NCBI GenBank assembly: GCA_965112635.1
Contig: OZ218778.1
Coordinates: 1,920,001 to 1,984,000, forward strand
Direction: 5' to 3'
Length of the DNA: 64,000 bases
From: an uncultured bacterium
Lineage (GTDB): Bacteria > Oederibacteriota > Oederibacteriia > Oederibacteriales > Oederibacteriaceae
The notes beneath the pieces were generated by a model. It searched no databases, was not told the origin of the DNA, and was given only the letters and a program-made list of their open reading frames with translations. The translations under genes were made by a program, and so were the position numbers. Shown in pieces: positions 39,639 to 49,287 of the stretch (its first letter is position 1; every line of letters begins with the position of its first letter).

Positions 39639-40982
39639 TTGTTCAAGAAAATCCTTATCGCCAATCGGGGAGAGATAGCCCTGCGCATCATCCGGGCGTG
39701 CCGGGAGATGGGCATCAAGACCGTGGCCTTGTATTCCGAGCCGGACCACGACTCCCTGCATGTCCGCAACGCCGACGAAAGCGTGTGCATCGGGCCGGCG
39801 GCGCCCAGCCAGAGCTACCTCAACATCCCCCGCATCATCAGCGCGGCCGAGATCACGGACGCGGAAGCCATCCATCCCGGCTACGGGTTCCTTTCGGAGA
39901 ATCCCCATTTCGCTGAGATATGCGAGTCCTGCAACATCAAATTCATCGGGCCCACGAGTTCGGTCATGCAGCTCCTAGGGGACAAGTCCAGGGCGCGGGA
40001 GACCATGAAAAAAGCCGGTGTCCCCATTTTGCCCGGCAGCGACAGCCTGGTCAAAGACGAAAAAGAGGCCATGAACATCGCCCGGGGCCTGGGCTACCCG
40101 GTCATCATTAAGGCCACCGCAGGCGGAGGGGGCCGGGGCATCCGCATCGCCCACAACTCCATCAGCCTGGCCAACGCTTTTATCACGGCCCAGCGCGAGG
40201 CCGAGGCCGCTTTCGGCAATCCCGGGGTGTATATCGAGAAATACATCGAGCAGCCCCACCATATCGAGGTGCAGATCATGGGCGACCTCTACGGCAACGT
40301 GATCCATCTGGGAGAGAGGGAATGCAGCATTCAGCGCCGGCACCAGAAACTCATCGAGGAGTCGCCTTCGCCTTCCGTGAACCAGGATATCCGGGAGGAC
40401 CTGGGCAAATGGTGCGTGCGCGGAGCCAAGGCCGTGGGTTACACCAACGCGGGGACCCTGGAGTTCCTGATGGACCGGCGGGGCAAATGCTATTTCATGG
40501 AAGTGAACACGAGGATCCAGGTGGAGCACCCGGTGACCGAGGCGGTCATGGGCGTGGACATCGTCAAGGAACAGATCAGGGTCGCGGCAGGCGAAAAGCT
40601 TCTGTTATCCGGCAAGAACGTGCATCCGCGGGGGCATGCCATCGAGTGCCGCATCAACGCGGAGGACCCCGAAAAGGATTTTCTGCCCTGCCCGGGCAAG
40701 ATCATGGAGTACCATGTGCCGGGCGGCCCGGGGGTCAGGGTGGACTCTGCCGCTTATCTCAACTACACCATCCTGCCTTATTACGACTCGCTGGTGGCCA
40801 AGCTCATCTGCCACGGCCGGGACAGGCATGAGGCCCTGATGCGGATGGAAAGGGCCCTGGACGAGTTCTCCATAGGCGGCATCAAGACCACGATCGGTTT
40901 TTTCCGGAGGGTCATGCAGCACGAGCTGTTCCGCCAGGGCGAAACCACAACGGATTTCGTAGAACGGTATTTTTCCTCTTAA
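39639..40982 (+). CDS. accC: Acetyl-CoA carboxylase biotin carboxylase subunit
   Basis: [53 protein letters not shown]. Confidence 0.98.
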   Translation: MFKKILIANRGEIALRIIRACREMGIKTVALYSEPDHDSLHVRNADESVCIGPAAPSQSYLNIPRIISAAEITDAEAIHPGYGFLSENPHFAEICESCNIKFIGPTSSVMQLLGDKSRARETMKKAGVPILPGSDSLVKDEKEAMNIARGLGYPVIIKATAGGGGRGIRIAHNSISLANAFITAQREAEAAFGNPGVYIEKYIEQPHHIEVQIMGDLYGNVIHLGERECSIQRRHQKLIEESPSPSVNQDIREDLGKWCVRGAKAVGYTNAGTLEFLMDRRGKCYFMEVNTRIQVEHPVTEAVMGVDIVKEQIRVAAGEKLLLSGKNVHPRGHAIECRINAEDPEKDFLPCPGKIMEYHVPGGPGVRVDSAAYLNYTILPYYDSLVAKLICHGRDRHEALMRMERALDEFSIGGIKTTIGFFRRVMQHELFRQGETTTDFVERYFSS

Positions 40983-41085
40983 CAGCCTGCTGAATGACTG
41001 TTTTTAGGGTTTTCGCCCTCATGGTGCGCGTCCACATGCTCAAGCATGCGTCAGTGATGACGTGAGGGAGTCAGCAGACTGTTAA
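40979..41085. mobile_element. 107-bp MITE/REP-like element with 15-bp terminal inverted repeats
   Basis: TTAACAGCCTGCTGA...TCAGCAGACTGTTAA (1 mismatch); internal hairpins; the left arm contains the accC stop codon. Confidence 0.55.
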
Positions 41086-41156
41086 GACCCGGCCCTACCT
41101 GGAGAACCTTGGCTTTTCCGGATGGCCGAGCTTAAAGCCCGGGGAACGGAAACCAT

Positions 41157-42809
41157 ATGCCTTTTCTGCAAACTTCAGCCGTAGTTTTAAAGAAAACCCT
41201 GCTCAATGAGAACGACCTGCTCCTCCACCTTTTCACCCCGGAATCAGGCCTGATCAAGGCGGTCCTCAAAGGCGTCCGCAAGCCCCAGGCCAAGCTCATC
41301 TCGTTTGGAGAGCCTTTTGTGCTGGCCGAGGTCATGCTCGCCCGCCAGCAGGTTTACGGTTTTCACAAGATAACCCAGGTCAGATTGCTCCAGGGATTCC
41401 CCGGCCTCAGGTCCGACCTGGCCCGTATCGGGTACGCCAGCTACATGGCCGAGCTGATCCTGGAAACCCAGGGCGGGGAGGAAAAAAGCCATGCTCTTTT
41501 CCAGGCCGTCCTCAAGGGTTTGGGGGGGCTGGAGTCCGCCCCGGACCCCGAGGCCGTGGCCCTGCTGTGGAGCCTCTGGTACCTGGCGGAGCTGGGCTAC
41601 AGGCCGCATCTGTCCGATTGCGTGGTCTGCCACTCCAAGCTGGAGTTCGGGCCAGAATCCGCCAGGCCCGGCGCCTTTTTTTCCAACAGGCAGGGCGGGG
41701 CCCTTTGCCGGAAGTGTTCCATCCAGCACGAGGGCGTCGAGGTCCGGGATCGCAGGACCTTTGGCCTGGTGGAAGAAGCCGGTTCCGGCGGTTTTTTGAA
41801 GGCCGCGATGACGGGGCCGCAAAAGGGTGAGGTCAGGCAGATAGCCCGTTCGGCCGTGTCCTACCACTGCGGAAGGGAATTGAAGAGCCTTTCTTTCCTC
41901 AAAAAGGTGGGCGTGGGGCTGGCCTTGCTGTTGGCCTGCCTTTTCTCCAGCCAGCTTGTCCAGGGCCAGTCGACCACGGGCCCGGATTCGCTCAAAGCTG
42001 AGATGAGCCCCAGGGCCGTGGCCATGGGCAGCGCCTACAGCGCCGTGGGGGACGATGTCACGGTGGCGTACTGGAACCCGGCCAGCCTGGTCCGGGTGAG
42101 CTACCTGCAGGCGGCTTTTGTCCACCAGCTCCCTTTTTTGGATTCGACCTGCGACTGGGGCGGCATTGCCGTGCCCATGGGCGAGAACTACATCCTGGGC
42201 GGGTCTTTCTTATACATGGCCACGGCGCCCTTCCAGCAGTACGACGACTCGGCCCAGCCCATCGCCACCCTGGAGAACTACGACTGGGTCGCGACGCTCA
42301 GTCTGGCCCAGAAATACGAAGCCTTAGGGATAGGGGTCAGCCTGAAGTACTTCGTGAGCAAGCTGTATGTTTACACGGCCAGCGGCCTGGCCGCGGACAT
42401 GGGACTTATCTACAAGGTGCCCAACACGCAAAAACTGTTTTTCAGCGTCAGCCTGACCAATCTGGGGGCGGGCATCCGTTACCTGGACGAGAGCGATCCC
42501 TTGCCCACCAAGATCAGGCTCGGCTGTTCCTACGGGTTTTGGTCGGATTTTTTCAACCGACATCTTATATCCGCTGAGCTGGAAGCACCCCTGGATCCCG
42601 GGGAACAAAAGCTTTTGGATACCGGCTATGAATGGTGGATCACCCGGACCGTGTCCCTGCGGGGAGGTTACCGCTGGGGCATGAGCGAGGGAGCCTTGAC
42701 CTTTGGCATGGGTTTTGCTGTGGAAGGCTGGAACATGGACTATTCTTTTGTGCCCATCGGACAGGTCGGCAGTGCCCACAAGCTGTCCATCCTGAGAAAC
42801 TGGTTTTAG
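41157..42809 (+). CDS. recO: In-frame fusion of DNA repair protein RecO (N-terminal ~250 aa) with a PorV/PorQ-family beta-barrel
   Basis: RecO: 'AVVLKK...ENDLLLHLFTPESGLIKAVLKGVRKP', CxxC...CxxC zinc finger, 'ELKSLSFL'. Then a hydrophobic signal-like segment and 'SPRAVAMGSAY...AYWNPASL', ending 'DYSFVPIGQVGSAHKLSILRNWF'. Confidence 0.85.
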   Translation: MPFLQTSAVVLKKTLLNENDLLLHLFTPESGLIKAVLKGVRKPQAKLISFGEPFVLAEVMLARQQVYGFHKITQVRLLQGFPGLRSDLARIGYASYMAELILETQGGEEKSHALFQAVLKGLGGLESAPDPEAVALLWSLWYLAELGYRPHLSDCVVCHSKLEFGPESARPGAFFSNRQGGALCRKCSIQHEGVEVRDRRTFGLVEEAGSGGFLKAAMTGPQKGEVRQIARSAVSYHCGRELKSLSFLKKVGVGLALLLACLFSSQLVQGQSTTGPDSLKAEMSPRAVAMGSAYSAVGDDVTVAYWNPASLVRVSYLQAAFVHQLPFLDSTCDWGGIAVPMGENYILGGSFLYMATAPFQQYDDSAQPIATLENYDWVATLSLAQKYEALGIGVSLKYFVSKLYVYTASGLAADMGLIYKVPNTQKLFFSVSLTNLGAGIRYLDESDPLPTKIRLGCSYGFWSDFFNRHLISAELEAPLDPGEQKLLDTGYEWWITRTVSLRGGYRWGMSEGALTFGMGFAVEGWNMDYSFVPIGQVGSAHKLSILRNWF

Positions 42810-42827
42810 GGGAAGGAGAGCGGGGCC

Positions 42828-43529
42828 ATGCGTAGAACCTATAAAACCAGCCGTAGCGCGGCGACCATCCCGGAGACAGGCATTGTCACGGCCATCCAAT
42901 TCCAAAAGAACAGGCCCAGCCGGTGCTCGGTATTCATTGACGGCAAGTTCAGCGCGGGGCTGGACGCGGCCAAACTGGTGTCCATGGGCATCAAAAAAGG
43001 ACAGGAGCTGACCCGGGAGCAGACCCGGGCCCTGGCCGCGGAGTCGGAATACCAGCGGGCCAAGGACAAGGCCCTGCTGCTGCTCTCCCGGAGAGAACAC
43101 AGCCAGGTAGAGCTGGTCAGGAAATTAAGGAAGCGGCAGGGTGAGTTTAGCGCGGTAACCATCACCAAAGTTATCCAGGAGCTGTCCCAACAGGGCCTGG
43201 TGGACGACCTGAAATTTGCCAAAACCTATGTCAGATACCGTTTGGGCAATAAGTCCATTGGCCTGTTCAAGCTGAGAAATGAGCTGAAAATAAGAGGGGT
43301 CAAGGACGCGGTCATCCTTGAGGCTCTGGAGCCGTATCAAGACGAGGAAGCCCAGGAGGAAAAGGCCGTGGAAGCGGCTTCCAAAAAGTTGAATAAGCTG
43401 ATGGCTAAACCCGGTCCTAAAGTCAGGCAAAAACTGTTCGCTTTTTTGGTCCAGCAGGGATTTGACTATGAAGTCGCGCAGAAAGTTGTAAGAAAATTGT
43501 GCCAGGATGTTCCGCGGACCAACTATTAA
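42828..43529 (+). CDS. recX: Regulatory protein RecX
   Basis: 'ALLLLSRREHSQVELVRKL', 'GLVDDLKFA', 'KLFAFLVQQGFD'; lies before alaS as is usual. Confidence 0.9.
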   Translation: MRRTYKTSRSAATIPETGIVTAIQFQKNRPSRCSVFIDGKFSAGLDAAKLVSMGIKKGQELTREQTRALAAESEYQRAKDKALLLLSRREHSQVELVRKLRKRQGEFSAVTITKVIQELSQQGLVDDLKFAKTYVRYRLGNKSIGLFKLRNELKIRGVKDAVILEALEPYQDEEAQEEKAVEAASKKLNKLMAKPGPKVRQKLFAFLVQQGFDYEVAQKVVRKLCQDVPRTNY

Positions 43530-43618
43530 ACAGGGTTTAGGAATAGCGAAAACCACTATAAAGTCCAATAAAAACTTGATAAGCTATCGGGATAGTTCAG
43601 GAGCAAAGGCGGAAATGG

Positions 43619-46294
43619 ATGAAGACAGACGAAATAAGGTCAAATTTTCTTGAGTTTTTCAGGCAAAAAGGGCACAGCATCGTCAAAAGCGATTCCCTGG
43701 TGCCCACCGGAGACCCCACGCTTTTATTCACCAGCGCCGGGATGGTGCAGTTCAAATCCTTTTACCTGGCCGAGGGGGACATCCCTTTTTCCAGGGCCGC
43801 GACCAGCCAAAAATGTTTCCGCAGCTCGGACATTGAGAATGTAGGCAGGACAGCCCGGCACCAGACCTTTTTTGAGATGCTGGGCAACTTTTCCTTTGGC
43901 GATTATTTCAAGGAAGAGGCCATCACCTGGGAATGGGAGCTCTTGACCAAGGTCTTTGACCTGCCCAAGGACGAGCTGTGGGTCAGCTATTTCGAGGAGG
44001 ATAAGGAAACCCGCGATATCTGGAAGAACAAGCTAGGGCTGTCCGAGGACCGCCTGAAACCTTTTGGCCGGGACAACAATTACTGGCCTTCCGGCGACGC
44101 CATCAACAACTGGGTGGGGGCCTGCGGGCCTTGCACGGAGATCTACATCGATTACGGCCCGGAACGCGGATGCGGCAAACCGACCTGCACCGTGGGATGC
44201 GACTGCGACCGCTATGAAGAGATCATGAACATCGTCCTGCCCCAGTTCTTCCACTCCGCCAAGGGCGACCTGTCGCCTTTGCCCAAACGGGGCATAGACA
44301 TGGGGATGGGTCTGGAGCGGCTGGCTTCCATCCTGCAGGGAGTGCCCAATAATTTTGAGATAGACATCATGAGGCCCATCCTGGACGACGCGGCCCAGGC
44401 CGCGGGCGTGGAGTACGGCGGCGATCCCAAGACCGATGTTTCCCTGAAACTCATCACGGACCACGCGCGGGCCGTGAGCTTCCTCATCGGCGACGGGGTG
44501 CTGCCCAGCAATGAGGGCCGGGGCTACGTGCTGCGCCGGCTCATCCGCAGGGCCGTACGGCACGGCCGGTTGCTGAGTTTGGAAAAACCGTTCCTCTATA
44601 AGATGGTGGGTGAAGTGGCCCAGCAGATGAAAGCCCCTTACCCGGAGATCGCCGGCAGGCGGGAGCATATCAGCCAGGTGCTTCTCGGCGAAGAGCAGAG
44701 ATTTTTCCAGACCCTCAAGAACGGCATGGACCTCATCAACGAATTTTTGGCGAACATCAAGGGCAGGGCCAAAGGCGCCAAACCCACGATACCCGGGGAT
44801 GTCGTGTTCAAACTTTATGACACCTGGGGTTTCCCCCTGGAATTGACCCAGGAAATAGCCGCGGAACAAGGCGTGGAAGTGGACAAGGCCGGATTCGATA
44901 AATTTATGGATGAGCAAAGGGTCAGGGCCAAATCAGCCTGGGTGGGCAGCGGAGACGAGGCTATCGCCCCCATCTATGCTTCTCTGGCCAAAAAACTGGG
45001 AGCCACGGATTTTGTGGGCTATGAGGCGGTCAATTCCGCCTCCACCATCCTGGCTTTGGTCCAGGACGGCAGGGAGCTGGGCTCCGCGGATGCGGACACC
45101 AACCTGGAGGTCATCCTGGACAAGACGCCTTTTTACGCCAGCAGCGGGGGACAGGTCGGCGACATCGGAGTGCTGGTCAATGACCAGGCCAAGGTCGAGG
45201 TCCTGGATACCGTCAAAGTGGGCGGCAAGCTGTTCGTGCACAAAGCCAGGCTCATCCGGGGCAGGATCAAGGCCGGAGACCAGGTCCAAGCCGAGATAAA
45301 CCAGAGCCGCAGGCACGCGGTGGCCAGGAACCACACCGGCACCCATCTTTTGCACGCGGCCCTGCGCCATGTGCTGGGCAAGCACGTGGAACAGTCCGGG
45401 TCCCTGGTGGAGCCGGAGAGGCTCAGGTTCGACTTTTCCCATTCCGGGCCCATGACCGAGACCGAACTTAAAAGGGTTGAGGATATCGTCAACGAGAACA
45501 TCCTCAAGAACAAGGAAGTCAAAACCGTGGAGACAAAAGTGGAGGAGGCGAAAAAGCTGGGCGCGCTGGCCTTTTTCGCGGAAAAGTACGGGGACAAGGT
45601 CAGGATGGTCTCCATTGGCCAGGGTTCTCCCAGCGGCGCGATCTCCATGGAGCTTTGCGGAGGCACGCATGTCAAGCGCTCGGGCGATATAGGACTTATA
45701 AAGATCGTTTCGGAGGGCGGGGTGGCTGCCGGAGTGCGGCGCATTGAGGCCCTGACCGGCGAGGGTGCCTACCAATACCTGCGCAAAGAAGAGGAGTCTC
45801 TAAAAGAAGCGGCCGGCCTGCTCAAGTGTTCGCCCCATGACCTGGTCGGAGGCGTGAAGAGATATCTGGAGAGTTACAAGGAGCTGGAAAAGAAACTGCA
45901 GCAGACGCAGGCCAAGCTGTCCGCGGGGCATTCGGACGACCTGACCAGCCAGGTCAAAGAGGTCGAAGGTATCAAATACATAGCCTCCCGGGTGGAGGAC
46001 ATGGGCCCTGAAGCTTTGCGCGACATGGCCGACCAGCTGAAGGTAAAGATAAAATCAGGGGTCATTGTGCTGGCCAGCGTGGGACAGGGTAAGGTCACTT
46101 GGATCGCGGCGGTCACTTCCGACCTGACCAAGAAGGTCAATGCCTCGGACCTGGTCAAAAAGGTTTCGGCTGTTACCGGAGGCGGAGGAGGGGGCAGACC
46201 GGATTTCGCCCAGGCGGGCGGAAAACTGGTGGACAAAGTCCCGGAAGCCCTCCAAAAAGTCCCTGAGTTTATAAAGGTTAACCTTAACGGCTGA
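43619..46294 (+). CDS. alaS: Alanine--tRNA ligase
   Basis: DPTLLFTSAGMVQFK, FFEMLGNFSFGDYFK, NHTGTHLLH, ELCGGTHV, GGGGGRPDFAQAGG. Confidence 0.99.
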   Translation: MKTDEIRSNFLEFFRQKGHSIVKSDSLVPTGDPTLLFTSAGMVQFKSFYLAEGDIPFSRAATSQKCFRSSDIENVGRTARHQTFFEMLGNFSFGDYFKEEAITWEWELLTKVFDLPKDELWVSYFEEDKETRDIWKNKLGLSEDRLKPFGRDNNYWPSGDAINNWVGACGPCTEIYIDYGPERGCGKPTCTVGCDCDRYEEIMNIVLPQFFHSAKGDLSPLPKRGIDMGMGLERLASILQGVPNNFEIDIMRPILDDAAQAAGVEYGGDPKTDVSLKLITDHARAVSFLIGDGVLPSNEGRGYVLRRLIRRAVRHGRLLSLEKPFLYKMVGEVAQQMKAPYPEIAGRREHISQVLLGEEQRFFQTLKNGMDLINEFLANIKGRAKGAKPTIPGDVVFKLYDTWGFPLELTQEIAAEQGVEVDKAGFDKFMDEQRVRAKSAWVGSGDEAIAPIYASLAKKLGATDFVGYEAVNSASTILALVQDGRELGSADADTNLEVILDKTPFYASSGGQVGDIGVLVNDQAKVEVLDTVKVGGKLFVHKARLIRGRIKAGDQVQAEINQSRRHAVARNHTGTHLLHAALRHVLGKHVEQSGSLVEPERLRFDFSHSGPMTETELKRVEDIVNENILKNKEVKTVETKVEEAKKLGALAFFAEKYGDKVRMVSIGQGSPSGAISMELCGGTHVKRSGDIGLIKIVSEGGVAAGVRRIEALTGEGAYQYLRKEEESLKEAAGLLKCSPHDLVGGVKRYLESYKELEKKLQQTQAKLSAGHSDDLTSQVKEVEGIKYIASRVEDMGPEALRDMADQLKVKIKSGVIVLASVGQGKVTWIAAVTSDLTKKVNASDLVKKVSAVTGGGGGGRPDFAQAGGKLVDKVPEALQKVPEFIKVNLNG

Positions 46295-46358
46295 ATTTCC
46301 TCCCTGGGCGCCAGCAAACAAGAACTCAATAAAAAAGGCGGAAGGTGAAATAGTTTTT

Positions 46359-48095
46359 ATGGCCAAATTAAATAAGCAAACAAACCAGAAAGATTTCCCT
46401 GAGTTTTGCCAGCGATTTTGGGGAGAGTTGGAGCGGGAAATTTCAGGGGAGCGCATCAAGGCCGAGATAACCGAGCTTTTCCAGCTGGCCAAATGGTTTT
46501 CGGCAGATAAGCTCAGGGAGTTGCACAAGAAATTAGCCAAGAGCATGGAACAAGCGGGCATGAAAGACGTGGAAATCCTACATCTGCCTGCTGACGGCAA
46601 GACCACAGGCGGAGGATGGGCCGCGCCCTATGTCTGGGAAATCAAAGAGGCGACCTTGGATATTGTTTCTCCGTCCGTAGCCGAGTCCCGGCTGGCCTGC
46701 TATTCCGAGGCGCCCACCTGTTTGATGGCCTGGAGCGGTTCCACCCCCAAGGGCGGAGTGACCGCGGAAGTGGTCCCTGTAGGGAAAAATCCTTTAGCCT
46801 TTCGCGGCACGGTCAAAGGCAAAATGGTCCTGGTGGACAAGATGCCCTACCTGGCTCCGCACATCGGCACCTGGGCTTTACATCATGGGGTGGTCGGTAT
46901 CCTTTCGGACCACGTGGCCTTGATGGGTTTGAGGACAAGCAAAGAAGTCCAAGATGATTCCATGTGGTACAACCGGGCCATGCCTTTTTGGGGCGGGAAG
47001 CATCATTTGTTCGGGATCGCCATGGCGCCCAGACAGGGAAAGAAATTAAGAGCCCTTTTGCGGCACAACCAAAAGGTCATTCTCCACGCCATGGTGGACA
47101 CGAAAATGTACGAGGGGACCTCGCCCTTGGTAACAGGCATCCTGCCAGGCCGGACCAAACAAGAAGTCCTCATTACCGCCCATTCAGACGAGCCGGGTGC
47201 CAATGACAACCTGTCAGGCTGCCTGGCTGCTGTTGAGATAGTCAGGGCGCTTAACCGGTTGGTTAAAAAAGGCAGGCTGGAACCCTTGCGGCGCACGATC
47301 AGGCTGGTTTTCACCAATGAGGTCCGGGGGATGCAGGTCCTGGTCAACCAAAAACAAGGCTGGCCTTGGCGTAACCCCAAAGCGGGTATTAACCTGGACA
47401 TGGTCGGCGGTGACCATGTGGCCAACCGCACAGCCATGCATTACGGCCCTGTAACGCCGGTCACAGCCAGCTACGCCGAAGTTTTGCTGGGAAAGATCAT
47501 GGAAAAAGGGGAGGAGTACGCTCCCCAGCACGGCTGCCGGGGTTGGAACTACAAAGTTGCCTTTGGGTTTGAGAACGACAATATTCTGGCGGACTATAAA
47601 TATGGAACTCCTTTTACCTATATGGGCCAACCCGGGGACCGATATTACAACCTGGAAACCGACAATCCCGACCATGTTTCCAGCGCGACTTTAAAACTTA
47701 ACAGCCTCATCGCCGGTACCTGGGCGGGGGTCATGGCCAATGCGGGGGCTGAGGAGATGACCTGGCTGGCCGACCAAATTTTATTCGGTAAAATAAGGGA
47801 AATGTGGGACGACCGCAAGCCCACGGCCTTTATAAAAAAGCGCAACCAATGGGTCAGGTCGTTGCGCTGGGAATCCCTGAGCCATTTTTTGTGGTCCATT
47901 GATTGGACCAAAGAAAAGGGTCAGGAGGGGAAAGACGGCTTGCTCCTGCCGGCCAAATTAGAAATGGAGCTCCTCAAGAGAAAACCAAAACTTCCGCAAA
48001 GGACTAAAGATATCCAGATCAAACTTACTCCGTCCAAGGCTAAATACAGCCATAAACTTGACCAGATGGTCCCGGAAAAGTTGTTCCATGGCTGA
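46359..48095 (+). CDS. M28 peptidase-like DUF4910/PA-domain protein (N-terminal part of a probable frameshifted fusion)
   Basis: 'HSDEPGANDNLSGC', 'FTNEVRG', 'INLDMVG'. Confidence 0.75.
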   Translation: MAKLNKQTNQKDFPEFCQRFWGELEREISGERIKAEITELFQLAKWFSADKLRELHKKLAKSMEQAGMKDVEILHLPADGKTTGGGWAAPYVWEIKEATLDIVSPSVAESRLACYSEAPTCLMAWSGSTPKGGVTAEVVPVGKNPLAFRGTVKGKMVLVDKMPYLAPHIGTWALHHGVVGILSDHVALMGLRTSKEVQDDSMWYNRAMPFWGGKHHLFGIAMAPRQGKKLRALLRHNQKVILHAMVDTKMYEGTSPLVTGILPGRTKQEVLITAHSDEPGANDNLSGCLAAVEIVRALNRLVKKGRLEPLRRTIRLVFTNEVRGMQVLVNQKQGWPWRNPKAGINLDMVGGDHVANRTAMHYGPVTPVTASYAEVLLGKIMEKGEEYAPQHGCRGWNYKVAFGFENDNILADYKYGTPFTYMGQPGDRYYNLETDNPDHVSSATLKLNSLIAGTWAGVMANAGAEEMTWLADQILFGKIREMWDDRKPTAFIKKRNQWVRSLRWESLSHFLWSIDWTKEKGQEGKDGLLLPAKLEMELLKRKPKLPQRTKDIQIKLTPSKAKYSHKLDQMVPEKLFHG

Positions 48096-49173
48096 CTTCG
48101 GAGTAGAGTGCTTGCCGCAAAAAGATTACGAGCTGATGACCCGGCTATCCAGGGATATGGTGTCGTGGGGCGCCAACCACTGGCTGCAGTCAGCCCTGTT
48201 CCTGTCCAACGGCGGACGCACTTTGAAAGAGATAGGGGAACTGGTGGAACTGTCCGGGGTCAAAGAGATGTGGGCAAAATTTGAGGACCCGGGCTGTAAT
48301 TTTCCCTGGGACAAGGCCGCGGATATTTTCAGGCTTTTGGCCAGACAAAATCCTGCCCTGGTGCGGTTCCGAAAGATAATAGAAAAACGGGATGTGGTCC
48401 ATGCCCTGAGAAAAGCCGGGGTCAAGCCCGGGATGGTCTTGATGGCCCATGTGTCCCTCAAACAGTTCGGTTATCTAAGGGGCGGCAGCAACGCGATGAT
48501 CGGGGCGCTCCTGGATTCGGTAGGCGAGAAGGGGACCCTGGCCTTGGCCGCCCATTCCCTGCGCAGCCAGACCATGGGGCAGATCCCTTATGACCCTAAA
48601 ATGTCGCCTTCCAAGGTTGGGGCTGTTTCCGAGGCTTTTTTGAAAATCCCAAGTGTGGTCCGGAGTCTGCATCCCACTCACTCCGTGGCGGTCAAAGGAC
48701 CCCGGGTCCTGGAACTCGTGGCCGGGCATGACCATTGGGTGGCGCCTTTGGCCAGCGACGGGTTCTGGGGGCATTTTGCCGCCTTGGACGGGCAGGTCGC
48801 TTTATTAGCGCCCACGGGTTCGGTCACCCTCATCCACGGCGCCGAGTTGTGGAGCGGCATCCCCTTGCCGGGCTATACCACCCAGATCGCCACAGCCCAA
48901 GGCGCCAAGACCGTCACGGTGCCGTCCCTGCCGTGGCACCTGGAGAACGAGGACCCCATTTTTGAGGAGTTAAAAAAGCGCGGTTTGCTGAAAAGCGCGC
49001 CCTTGGGGGAGAGCACTGTTTATCTTTTCAGCGCCAGGGACATTCTCAAGGTGGCCATCCCGATGATGAAGGAAAACCCTTTGTTTTTACTGCCGAAACA
49101 ATGCGGTTGTTCGTTTTGTTCTTTTGTAAAGTCCGGGGTGCAAGCAAAAAAAGGCTTTTTTGTCCATAAATAA
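48088..49173 (+). CDS. Winged-HTH-like segment + AAC(3)-family N-acetyltransferase (probable continuation of 46359..48095)
   Basis: 'ALFLSNGGRTLKEIG' resembles the DUF4910 C-terminal HTH. 'VLMAHVSL..FG...GG', 'GAVSE', 'RSLHPTHSV' and 'TLIHGAE' match Antibiotic_NAT. Confidence 0.75.
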   Translation: MADFGVECLPQKDYELMTRLSRDMVSWGANHWLQSALFLSNGGRTLKEIGELVELSGVKEMWAKFEDPGCNFPWDKAADIFRLLARQNPALVRFRKIIEKRDVVHALRKAGVKPGMVLMAHVSLKQFGYLRGGSNAMIGALLDSVGEKGTLALAAHSLRSQTMGQIPYDPKMSPSKVGAVSEAFLKIPSVVRSLHPTHSVAVKGPRVLELVAGHDHWVAPLASDGFWGHFAALDGQVALLAPTGSVTLIHGAELWSGIPLPGYTTQIATAQGAKTVTVPSLPWHLENEDPIFEELKKRGLLKSAPLGESTVYLFSARDILKVAIPMMKENPLFLLPKQCGCSFCSFVKSGVQAKKGFFVHK

Positions 49174-49287
49174 ATGCAGGATCGTCCTTGAAATCAGGTC
49201 GTATCCTGAAAAATGTTGTTCACCCAACGGGTTTTTTAACTTAATATATAGCTAACAAAATATAGTAGATGATCCGGAGTTTATGGG

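Noticed and set aside
48093-48095. TGA as possible selenocysteine or readthrough codon
   Set aside because: The same frame beyond TGA has no recognisable protein; the homologous continuation is in a different frame, so an indel fits better.
48088-49173. AAC(3) as an acquired aminoglycoside-resistance gene
   Set aside because: Chromosomal housekeeping context, probable fusion to an M28-like domain and no mobile element; family membership alone does not imply resistance.
49174-49287. Cobalamin riboswitch upstream of the hemD-btu cluster
   Set aside because: The intergenic regions are short and I could not recognise a B12-box; an Rfam scan would be needed to exclude it fully.
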